A stretch of 64,000 nt of DNA. Origin: Macrostomum lignano (Eukaryota). The DNA is taken from positions 1 through 64,000 of the forward strand of contig NIVC01002735.1 in assembly GCA_002269645.1 (NCBI GenBank), read 5' to 3'. The translations under genes were made by a program, and so were the position numbers. Numbering within the stretch: the stretch's first letter is position 1; each line of letters starts with the position of its first letter. The notes below the pieces were generated by a model. That model saw nothing but the letters and a program-made list of their open reading frames with translations, made no database searches and had not been told where the DNA came from. Below are positions 53,801 to 64,000 of the stretch, piece after piece.

Positions 53801-55701
53801 CTCGGACACGTCTAGGAAGGGGAACTCGGACAGCAGCTCCGGCAGCAGCTGGGGTCGCCGTGGGCAGCCGGACGGCGCTGGCGCTGCTGCTTGGCCTGCG
53901 CGGTTAGGAATGGGGAGGGTTGAGGCTGGTCTGGGCCATTGTCTGAGGCTGGTCTGGGCCATTGCCTGAGGCTGGTCTGGGCCATTGTCTGAGGCTGGTC
54001 TGGGCCATTGCCTGAGGCTGGTCTGGGCCAATGTCTGAGGCTGGTCTGGGCCATTGTCTGAGGCTGGTCTGGGCCATTGTCTGAGGCTGGTCTGGGCCAT
54101 TGTCTGAGGCTGGTCTGGGCCATTGTCTGAGGCTGGTCTGGGCCATTGTCTGAGGCTGGTCTGGGCCATTGTCTGGGGCTGGTCTGGGCCATTGTCTGAG
54201 GCTGGTCTGGGCCATTGCCTGAGGCTGGTCTGGGCCATTGCCTGAGGCTGGTCTGGGCCAATGTCTGAGGCTGGTCTGGGCCATTGTCTGAGGCTGGTCT
54301 GGGCCATTGTCTGAGGCTGGTCTGGGCCATTGTCTGAGGCTGGTCTGGGCCATTGTCTGGGGCTGGTCTGGGCCATTGTCTGAGGCTGGTCTGGGCCATT
54401 GTCTGAGGCTGGTCTGGGCCATTGTCTGAGGCTGGTCTGGGCCATTGTCTGAGGCTGGTCTGGGCCATTGTCTGAGGCTGGTCTGGACCCTGATCTAAGG
54501 TAAATTCTAGCAAATGCTAGCATAAGCTATGATAAAAAGTTCATGGCCCAACAACCTTCACCTGTTTTATAGGGCACTGCCTCGCCCGGCTCTTGATGAG
54601 GCCGCCGCCGCGGCCCCGACCTCCGCCTACTTCGTCCCGCAGCTGCCGCTCGGACTGCCGGTAGGCCGCCTCCAGCTGCCTGCGGCGCTCTGTCAGCATC
54701 GCCGTCTCGGCTGCCGCCGCTGTGTCTCTCTGAGGGTTTTTGGAGAGTTCAAAAAATTAATAAGTTTGAGTTCTGAAATAAGTTCGATTACCCTGTTGCC
54801 CTTTCGTCTGCTGACTCTCAGTCCACTCTCAGTCCGTCATCTTCCAGACTCTCGGTCCTTCATCTCCCAGACTCTCGGTCCTTCATCTTCCAGACTCTCG
54901 GTCCTTCATCTCCGAAACTCTCGGTACTTCATCTCCCAGACTTTCGGTCCTTCATCTCCCAGACTCTCGGTCCTTCATCTCTCAGACTCTCAGTACTTCA
55001 TCTCCCAGATTTTCGGTACTCCATCTCTCAGACTCTCGGTACTTCATCTTCCAGACTCTCAGTACTTCATTTCCCACACGCTCAGTCCACCTCGTCCAGC
55101 CTATCAGCTCTGCATCACCAAGGCTGAGACTCCCAGTCTTTCATTTCTCAGTCCCATCGCCCAGCACGCAGCCACAGCAGCTTCACGAACCCCGTCGGCC
55201 CGCCCACCAGCCTCGGCAGCCAGCCGCAGTTGTCGCTCGCGCTGCAGCCGCCGCAGCCGCATGCGCTCCTCCTCCACCCGGACCGCGTGCTCCTCCGCGT
55301 AGCCCGCAAGCCTGGCGCGAGGCGATGTGGCCGGCAGGCCGCAGCAGAGGCCGCCGCGGCCGCCACCCTCACCGCCGCCGCCGCCAACCCCGGAATCTCC
55401 ACCGTCGGAAGCTGAAGCGGCATCGTCTGGAGCTTCATCACTCTCTGTGTTATCATTTCTGAACTCGGCGCCCTCCGAAGCCCGACGCCAACGCAACTGC
55501 TGGCCGCGCTGAAATTTGTCTCCGGCGTCGCTGTCCTCTGAGTCGTCCTCCAGTCGGCTGGCTGCCGGGGCCGGAGCGGTGACCGCCTCCCTGGACAGGC
55601 GCAGCGTCCGGTCCGCCAGCCGGTGCAGCTGCTCGTAGGAGCGGCGCAGCGAGGGCGGCATCTCCAGGGCTGCGGGTTGGCGATTTAGTTGGGCCTGCGA
55701 C

Positions 55702-55760
<59 letters not shown>

Positions 55761-55773
55761 CACAGACAGACAC

Positions 55774-55824
<51 letters not shown>

Positions 55825-58800
55825 GCTAACCAGGGCTATCATAGTCGATATGCGCAGCCGCCGCCGCTGTCTGCTGCCGTTTTGAATTCTCCGACGGCCT
55901 CGGCGGGGTTGCCGGCCGAAACTCGTCAGCAGCCGCACGCGGAGGCGGTCGCGCATCGACCGCCGCCTCGATGGCTGACGTCCTCGGCGGCTCAGCGGCG
56001 GCCTCCAGGTCGGGCGCGAACTCGGCCAAGCCGTGGAAAATCTCCACCAGGTTGCCGACGGCCGTCCGGTCCCGGGCCAGCACGTCCTCCGGCCGGATGT
56101 GCGACAGCGACACTCCGATGACGTCATCCGCCAGACTGTCGATGATGCCGCGCAGTTTATCGAGACCGTCAGCGCCGCCGCCTTCGTCAAGCACGGAAGT
56201 CGCGGCCTCCGGGCAGGTGAGCGCGAAAACCTCGCTGAAAAACTCAACGACGTCGCCGAGATCGTCGAGGCTGCGCAGCTGCTGCTGCTGCTGGCGGCCA
56301 GGCAGACGGCGCAGCAGGTCAGTTGCCATGGCAACATGGCCGCCGAAGCCACTGCCACCTGCAGTTAGAAAGCTGTCGTGGTCTTCCTGGAAGGCCAGCG
56401 GAAAATGAAGCTTAAAAAACTGTACTCTTTTTTCTCAGGAACTGTAGAGATATTTGTTATGCTGAGCTTCCGATTGAGTTCTTTTCTAAGAAATATATAC
56501 AAGTCCTTTCTAAGAAACACATCACATTTTAGACCTCTTCTAGGAAACCCACTTTTTTAAGAACTATTGTAGCAAGCCATTTGTGCTTGAAAACTAATTT
56601 AGGAAACATTTGATTTGCAACAACAGCTTTTCTTGGAAAATCGCTCTTTGAAAGCAGGACAGCAGCTACATCACTGATGGAGCAGTTTTGATAAAACATA
56701 AAGCATATCCACAACAGGCTCGCATGGCAAAGAAAATTTTATATCTTTGCTTCCTTGTGTTGGATAAATAAGGAAATCTCCCAGCATACTAAAAATAGAC
56801 ATTGCCCGAAATCCCATGTCCAGCTACAAAAATGTTTTTATTTCATCCCCAACCCCAAGCGTCGCCGCCGCTGCTATTAGGAAATCCTTTGAGCAGCAGA
56901 AAAAAAAGGAGAGCAGAGGGCTGCTTTGACATTCGCTGTGGCAGGGCGGGGCAGGCAGTGGATAAAATCAGCCCGGCCTCTTCATATTCTAGTGGCCAAA
57001 AAAGGAAATCCCAAACTCAGAACGCCTGGGAAGAGAAGGGAAAAAGTAAGTGAACGTGTTGAGCAGCAACCCCCGGTGCCTGCCTGTTTAATCTCGTGTT
57101 GCCATGGCGCCATGGAGTTTCACAGCCACACTCTGGAGTTAACTGATCGATGCTCAAGCCATGGAGTTTCACAGCCACACTCTGGAGTTAACTGATCGAT
57201 GCTCAAGCCATGGAGTTTCACAGCCACACTCTGGAGTTAACTGATGCTGCCTCCACTTCACATATACTGAAATTCAGAGCTACACACCTCGGGAGCAGCT
57301 GCAATCGGAGCCGCATGCACGCGAGCGAACTTGAGCTATTAGCGAGTTCATCAGCTATCAATCAGGCCGGGCGAACTTCTTCTATTTTTATTGCAATGCC
57401 GCCCCCGTTCGGCGAGTTTCGAACTCGGGAACCGCCCCCCCCCCCAGCTCAGTCACGAACGGGACGGCGGGGATGGAGAGGACCGCCCCTGCTGCTAGGC
57501 TATCATCAACCCACACTGTCACTGGCGCAGGCTTGTGTAGCAGTCTACGCAAACTAATAATTTCCTCTCGTCTATCTGCCTTTTTCTTTCAGAACTCGGC
57601 TCTTTTTGTCTGCCCTGCATGGCTCAACATTCTTTTCTTCTATTTATAAAAATGGGGCGGCCTAGACAGATGCGGAACTTTTCCCGCAGAAATTAGAAGA
57701 TGCGGGAATATCGTAGGGAGAAATAACGTGCTCCCGTGCCTGTTAACGGTCTCCGCTGTGCCTGTTCACGCTCTCCGGTTTGCCTATGCACGGTCTCTGG
57801 TTTGCCTGGTCTCTGGTTTGCCTATTCACGGTCTCTGGTTTGCCTATTCACGGTCTCTGGTTTGCCTATTCACGGTCTCTGGTTTGCCTGGTCTCTGGTT
57901 TGCCTATTCACGGTCTCTGGTTTGCCTATTCACGGTCTCTGGTTTGCCTATTCACGGTCTCTGGTTTGCCTGGTCTCTGGTTTGCCTATTCACGGTCTCT
58001 GGTTTGCCTATTCACGGTCTCTGGTTTGCCTATTCACGGTCTCTGGTTTGCCTATTCACGGTCTCCGCCTTGCCTATTCACGGTCTCTGGTTTGCCTATT
58101 CACGGTCTCCGCCTTGCCTATTCACGGTCTCTGGTTTGCCTATTCACGGTCTCTGGTTTGCCTGGTCTCTGGTTTGCCTATTCACGGTCTCTGGTTTGCC
58201 TATTCACGGTCTCTGGTTTGCCTGGTCTCTGGTTTGCCTATTCACGGTCTCTGGTTTGCCTATTCACGGTCTCCGCCTTGCCTATTCACGGTCTCTGGTT
58301 TGCCTATTCACGGTCTCTGGTTTGCCTATTCACGGTCTCTGGTTTGCCTATTCACGGTCTCTGGTTTGCCTATTCACAGTCTCTGGTTTGCCTATTCACG
58401 GTCTCTGGTTTGCCTATTCACGGTCTCTGGTTTGCCTGGTCTCTGGTTTGCCTATTCACGGTCTCTGGTTTGCCTATTCACGGTCTCTGGTTTGCCTATT
58501 CACGGTCTCTGGTTTGCCTATTCACGGTCTCTGGTTTGCCTATTCACGGTCTCCGCTGTGCCTATTTACATTTACGGTCTCCGCCTTGCCTATTCACGAT
58601 CTCTGGTTTGCCTATTCACGATCTCTGGTTTGCCTATTCACGGTCTCTGGTTTGCCTATTCACAGTCTCTGGTTTGCCTATTCACGGTCTCTGGTTTGCC
58701 TATTCACGGTCTATGGTTTGCCTATTCACGATCTCTGGTTTGCCTATTCACGGTCTCCGCCTTGCCTATTCACGGTCTCTGGTTTGCCTATTCACGGTCT

Positions 58801-61800
58801 CCGCCTTGCCTATTCACGGTCTCTGGTTTGCCTATTCACGGTCTCTGGTTTGCCTATTCACGGTCTCTGGTTTGCCTATTCACGGTCTCTGGTTTGCCTA
58901 TTCACGGTCTCTGGTTTGCCTATTCACGGTCTCTGGTTTGCCTATTCACGGTCTCTGGTTTGCCTATTCACGGTCTCCGCTGTGCCTATTTACATTTACG
59001 GTCTCCGCCTTGCCTATTCACGGTCTCTGGTGTGCCTATTCACAGTCTCTGGTTTGCCTATTCACGGTCTCTGGTTTGCCTATTCACGGTCTGTGGTTTG
59101 CTATTCACGGTTTCTGGTTTGCCTATTCACGGTCTGTGGTTTGCTATTCACGGTTTCTGGTTTGCCTATTCACGGTCTCCGCTGTGCCTGTTCGCGGTCC
59201 CTGGTTTGCTTATTCACGGTCTCCGCTGTGCCTGTTCACGGTCCCTGTTATCCTATTTACGGTCTTCACTTTGCTCATTTACGGTTCACCCACACAGAGT
59301 AACCAAACCTTTTCATAATCTGCAGTGCAACACATTTCACAAGCAATCCCTGTCCTATATGCACAATTGATGCACACGCAATCTAGCTACGCTCGTATCA
59401 CTGTAGGCAGTGCAAAAATGAGAACTAAAAAAGCGATGGCTTGAAACAAAGAAGCTGACCAAATGGTCAATTATATATTTACTAGCTAACAAGCACTCAC
59501 ACGTGAGCTACAAATCGAATGTCAAAAGCAATGAGCCATGGCAATAAACGCACAAAAATCATGAAGAGATAACAAAGCGAATACAAGAGCTTGCTAATTT
59601 ATGCGAATCAAAAACATGAATATGATAAAAGCTTTTGATGTGCGCAATCTTTTTATGCCACTGAGTCATAAAGCCAGCAATTAACACCTGCCACTGCCAG
59701 GTCATAAAAACAGCAATTAACACCTGCCAGTGCCAGGTCATAAAGCCAGAAATTAACACCTGCCAGTGCCAGGTCATAAAGCCAGCAATTAACACCTGCC
59801 ACTGCCAGGTCATAAAGCCAGCAATTAACACCTGCCACTGCCAGGTCATAAAGCCAGCAATTAACACCTGCCACTGCCAGGTCATAAAACCAGCAATTAA
59901 CACCTGCCAGTGCCAGGTCATAAAGCCAGAAATTAACACCTGCCAGTGCCAGGTCATAAAGCCAGTAATTAACACCTGCCACCGCCAGGTCATAAAGCCA
60001 GAAATTAACACCTGCCAGTGCCAGGTCATAAAGCCAGAAATTAACACCTGCCAGTGCCAGGTCATAAAGCCAGTAATTAACACCTGCCACCGCCAGGTCA
60101 TAAAGCCAGCAATTAACACCTGCCACTGCCAGGTCATAAAGCCAGCAATTAACACTTGCCACTGCCAGGTCATATTACGGCTACTGTCATTAGAACTGGC
60201 ACAGAAATTAACACAGGTAAAGCTGTTTGCAAATACAGTAAAAAACTTCTGCAGAAGCAAACATTGCCAAATATGGACACGGCAGAGACAATGCGCTCAC
60301 CCGGAGCTGGGTGGCAAGAAAGTGGGACAAAAAACGTAAGAAAGCAGCAAGACAGCGAGTCGCTCCTCACCCCTCAACCCACCCCCTTTAGACTAATAAT
60401 GGGGCAATGCCGAGTAGGGCAGGGAAGGGAAGTGAAACAATGTGCACCATCCATCACCCCCCGACTCAAGTGCAGCAGGCAAATAAGGCAACTAAGGCCT
60501 GAGCCATATTTAGCCGGGAGCGCCTGTCAACAAAATTAGAGACGAGCTGCTGCCGCACTCCAAACTCAACAGTCCCCCAGCTGCTCGCCATCCTAGCCAG
60601 AGTTCCCCACAAAAATGCCATATTTAGCCCATGCTGTACTTTTCCACCGCCTCCATCAATGAAAGCGAATGAGCAACACGGTGAAAGGCCTGAGAAATGC
60701 TACACCTGACACGGTGCGACTTCCAGCGTGTATTTGTCTCCGCCGCAAAGGGGGTTTGTACGAAAACAAGGGCGCACGAACACAACATACCCAACTGCCT
60801 GCCAACAGAGAAGTCACACCGGATAGCAACTAGCAGCTCAGTGTCGGGACGATAACAGAATAACAAAAAAACAAAGCATTCATTCATTCAACGGGAACGG
60901 GTTCAGCCTCTCCGGGCCATCCGGGATCGGCTAGGAGAACAATAGGAAACCTGCTTCCATATCGCTGCCTTGCGCAGGGGGAATTCGGCTGCACTTTTTA
61001 CTGCCGTAGGTCACCGCCCCCACAGCCCTGCAGTTCTTCCGTGGGATACCGCTACCCCCCCCCCCCCTACTCTTAAGCGGAACACCGCTACCCCCTTTAG
61101 CGGGACACCGCTACCCACCCCCCTCTAGTGGGAGACCGCTACCCCCCATCAGTGGGACACCACTACCCCCCCTTCACCCTTCAGCGGGATACAGGTACCC
61201 CCCCCTTCAGCGGGACACCGCTACCCCCTTCACTCTTCGACGGGACACCGCTACCCCCTTCACTCTTCGACGGGACACCGCTACCCCCTTCACTCTTCGA
61301 CGGGACACCGCTACCCCCTTTCGGCGGGACACCGCTACCCCCTTCACTCTTCGGCCGGAGCCCGCTACCCCTTCACCCTTCACCGGGACCCCGCTACCCC
61401 TTCACCCTTCAGCGGGACACCGCTACCCCCTTTCGGCGGGACACCGCTACCCCCTTTCGGCGGGACACCGCTACCCCCCTTCACCCTTCAGCGGGACACC
61501 GACACCGCTACCCCTGCAGTTCTTCAGCGGGACACCGCTTACAATCCGCCGCTACAGGTAAGCACGCCAGTCTCCTGGGAGTTGAAGTTACTCAAAGATC
61601 AGCATGCCGGGAAACCAGAAGCTGGGGCACAAGCGCACTAGAACGGCAGCAGAAAAAAAGCAAGATGCGGAGCTGCTTTGGCACCAGAGACACACAGTCA
61701 GAGCCGCCGCGAGAGAATAGCAACAATGTAGTTGATGCCTTGCTAAATAAATCTGAATGGACAGTTAAAATGGACCAGGCTAGAAGTACACAAAAAAAGC

Positions 61801-62275
61801 TTGCGGCAAAAAGGCCCCAAAAAAGGGGGCCGGCTGTGCGACAGGGCAGGTTCGAGTTGATTAAAACAAAAAATAGTCAGACTCTGAACAGCCCGCATCC
61901 GCCTAGACGGAGCAGGCAGTCTTTGTTACTAAAAAATTGATTCCTAATAAAAATTTGATTTATCTTAAAAAATGTAACTAGCCATGCAGAGATAAGAACA
62001 GCTAAGAGACAGAATTACAAATTCAACTAATTCGGGACACAACAGCCAAGAGCAACAAAAAATTAACTATAAAATTCGAATTCAAACTTCACGGTAAACA
62101 CCGTTTTTGCTTTAGTGACTATCAGGAATAAAAAAGCTAGCGGATTTGATCAAGTCCTCACGCAGCTAACAGGTATTGAATACCTAGAGGTCTCGAATTC
62201 TTTTGTAAAAAATGGCTAAAAAAGAAAAACGCAGACATCGCAACAGCTGTTGTTTACCTTAGTGACGGCGCTCAT
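50860..62275 (-). CDS. CEP95: Centrosomal protein CEP95 (CCDC45) orthologue
   Basis: Exons 62258-62275 (MSAVTK, tentative), 55831-56386, 55191-55694, 54562-54729, 53459-53895, 50860-51255. N-terminal IIDSLADDVIGVSLSHIRPEDVL..D..AVGNLVEIFHGL; QLLPELLSEFPFLDVS; KARQYYDQF; C-terminal SMENFYRDRFAMLAESLATERREL...DDAHFRQLDA. Two apparent 1-nt frameshifts (~55667, ~53851). Confidence 0.85.
52455..53252. repeat. 21-bp minisatellite TCCTCAAGAACAGGTCAGYTG
   Basis: Direct reading. Confidence 0.96.
53924..54487. repeat. 23-bp minisatellite TGAGGCTGGTCTGGGCCATTGTC
   Basis: Direct reading. Confidence 0.96.
54830..55075. repeat. Degenerate 23-bp minisatellite TTCATCTCCCAGACTCTCGGTMC
   Basis: Direct reading. 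Confidence 0.85.
55700..55825. repeat. (ACAG)n microsatellite filling a short CEP95 intron
   Basis: Direct reading. Confidence 0.95.
56322..56335. promoter_or_regulatory. Perfect palindromic RFX X-box inside CEP95 exon 2
   Basis: GTTGCCATGGCAAC. Confidence 0.5.
57109..57245. repeat. ~50-bp tandem repeat, about 2.7 copies
   Basis: GCCATGGAGTTTCACAGCCACACTCTGGAGTTAACTGAT recurs three times. Confidence 0.88.
57760..59240. repeat. 22-bp minisatellite TATTCACGGTCTCTGGTTTGCC
   Basis: Direct reading. Confidence 0.96.
59670..60172. repeat. 36-bp minisatellite GCCAGGTCATAAAGCCAGCAATTAACACCTGCCACT
   Basis: Direct reading. Confidence 0.95.
61040..61535. repeat. Variable 20-30-bp minisatellite with core CGGGACACCGCTACCCCCTT
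   Basis: Direct reading. Confidence 0.9.
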
Positions 62276-62350
62276 CTCTAATTTAATGCTGTTTCAAGCT
62301 ATAATAAAATAGTCCAGGTAAGCTAAGGTAAAATGCGTTTGTTAAGAAAG

Positions 62351-62680
62351 ACATTGCTAAGATAAAAAGGTAATCAATCAGTTGCTAAGGTAATCAGCCA
62401 GTTGCTAAGGTAATCAGCCAGTTGCTAAGGTAATCAACCCATTGCTAAGGTCAACCCATCAACCCATTACTAAGGTAATCAATCCGTTGCTAAGGTAAAC
62501 AGTCCGTTGCTAAGGTGAACAACCCGTTGCTATAGTAAACAACGTGTTTTCAAAGTTTTAACAAACATGCTATGCTAGGCAACACATTGCAAAAGTAGAC
62601 AACCTGTTGCTAAGGTTACAAACTCGTTTCCTTGGTAAAAAAATCATTGTCAATGTCAGCAAGTTGTTGCTATGGCGACC
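62351..62680. promoter_or_regulatory. Cluster of RFX X-box-like and forkhead-like motifs in a decayed 20-bp repeat, upstream of CEP95
   Basis: GTTGCTA cores at 62381, 62401, 62421, 62486, 62506, 62526, 62606, 62666; full GTTGCTATGGCGAC at 62666; GTAAACA at 62495 and 62535. Confidence 0.62.
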
Positions 62681-62723
62681 CAGACCGACACTTCAAGGCG
62701 CCGCTCGAGCGCGGCGCGGCGAC

Positions 62724-63033
62724 TCACTGCGGCAGTCCGCAGTCGTGCGGCTCCGGCGGGCAGGCGAGCCCGGGGCCCGGACAGGAGTCCCACATGCCGC
62801 GCGGCGCGCCACGGCATAGCGGCGCCAACCGGCACGGTACCCGCTGTAGGCGCCGGAATTGGCGCAGAAGTTGGCGCGCCCGGCGCAGCAGCTGGTCGGA
62901 GTCGACTCCACCGGACAGCTGGGCGAAGTAGGCGGCGGCCTCGGTGGCCGGCAGCCGCTTCTCCAGGCAAAAGTCGCCGTACAGGTCGATCAGAGCGGCG
63001 CAGAGGAACAGCTGGAAGCTGGCAGTGGCGTAC
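62724..63033 (-). CDS. TBC1D16: TBC1D16-like Rab-GAP, last coding exon (rest of gene lies beyond the right edge)
   Basis: Acceptor GCACTGCAG; FQLFLCAALIDLYGDF..EKRL...YFAQLS...LLRRARQLLRQFRRLQRVPCRL..LC...GMWDS resembles the remembered TBC1D16 C-terminus; TGA at 62724-62726. Confidence 0.8.
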
Positions 63034-63076
63034 CTGCAGTGCGAGTTCAGCAGGGACTGACTGGCAGCAATGTCAG

Positions 63077-63970
63077 AAATTGTCACTGACAGTCAATTGT
63101 CACTGACAGTCAATTGTCACTGACAGTCAATTGTCACTGACAGTCAATTGTCACTGACAGTCAATTGTCACTGACAGTCAATTGTCACTGACAGTCAATT
63201 GTCACTGACAGTCAATTGTCACTGACAGTCAATTGTCACTGGCAGCAATGTCAGGAATTGTCACTGACCGTCAATTGTCACTGACCGTCAATTGTCACTG
63301 ACAGTCAATTGTCACTGACAGTCAATTGTCACTGACAGTCAATTGTCACTGACAGTCAATTGTCACTGACAGCAATTGTCACTGACCGTCAATTGTCACT
63401 GGCAATCAATTGTCACTGGCAGTCAATTGTCACTGACAGTCAATTGTCACTTACACTCAAATGTCACTGGCAGTCAATTGTCACTTACACTCAAATGTCA
63501 CTGGCAGTCAATTGTCACTGACACTCAAATGTCACTTGCAGTCAATTGTCACTGGCAGTCAATTGTCACTTACACTCAAATGTCACTGGCAGTCAATTGT
63601 CACTGGCAGTCAATTGTCACTGACAGTCAATTGTCACTTACACTCAAATGTCACTGGCAGTCAATTGTCACTGGCAGTCAATTGTCACTGGCAGTCAATT
63701 GTCACTGACAGTCAATTGTCACTTACACTCAAATGTCACTGGCAGTCAATTGTCACTGGCAGTCAATTGTCACTGACAGTCAATTGTCACTGACAGTCAA
63801 TTGTCACTGACAGTCAATTGTCACTGGCAGTCAATTGTCACTGGCAGTCAAATGTCACTGGCAGTCAATTGTCACTGGCAGTCAATTGTCACTGGCAGTC
63901 AATTGTCACTAGCAGTCAATTGTCACTGGCAGTCAATTGTCACTGGCAATCAATTGTCACTGGCAGTCAA
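63077..63970. repeat. 17-bp minisatellite AGTCAATTGTCACTGRC (TBC1D16 intron)
   Basis: Direct reading. Confidence 0.96.
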
Positions 63971-64000
63971 TAATCTGCAAAAAACTACTAAAAACGGCAC

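Noticed and set aside
57728-59370. Three 500+ aa plus-strand ORFs
   Set aside because: They are translations of a stop-free 22-bp minisatellite in all frames, not a gene.
62672-63106. Plus-strand ORF MATQTDTSRRR beginning within the X-box
   Set aside because: It is antisense to the well-supported TBC1D16 exon, is low-complexity and has no family motif.

Overview
Eukaryotic (metazoan) genomic DNA: GC-rich spliceosomal exons separated by introns that mostly carry their own tandem repeat. This style resembles the flatworm Macrostomum lignano, but that is inference only. Four genes all lie on the minus strand. In transcription order they are: the last exon of a TBC1D16-like RabGAP; a CEP95 orthologue, whose probable promoter is a decayed 20-bp minisatellite of RFX X-box/forkhead-like motifs; an FBXL4 orthologue, whose last visible intron holds a young 4,956-bp Ty3/Gypsy element (identical 200-bp LTRs, CTAC target-site duplication) and whose final exon is not visible; and a very large (>=2,478 aa, >=19 exons, 673-29315) neurexin-like LamG/EGF type I membrane protein with an unusual domain architecture that runs off the left edge. 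Between FBXL4 and the neurexin-like gene are a 461-nt N gap, a hAT-like transposon end and about 6 kb of unassigned sequence containing a long hairpin. Most long ORFs in the supplied track are repeat or antisense artefacts. Several single-base indels in C/G runs suggest consensus errors. Gene identities come from remembered family sequences, not database searches.
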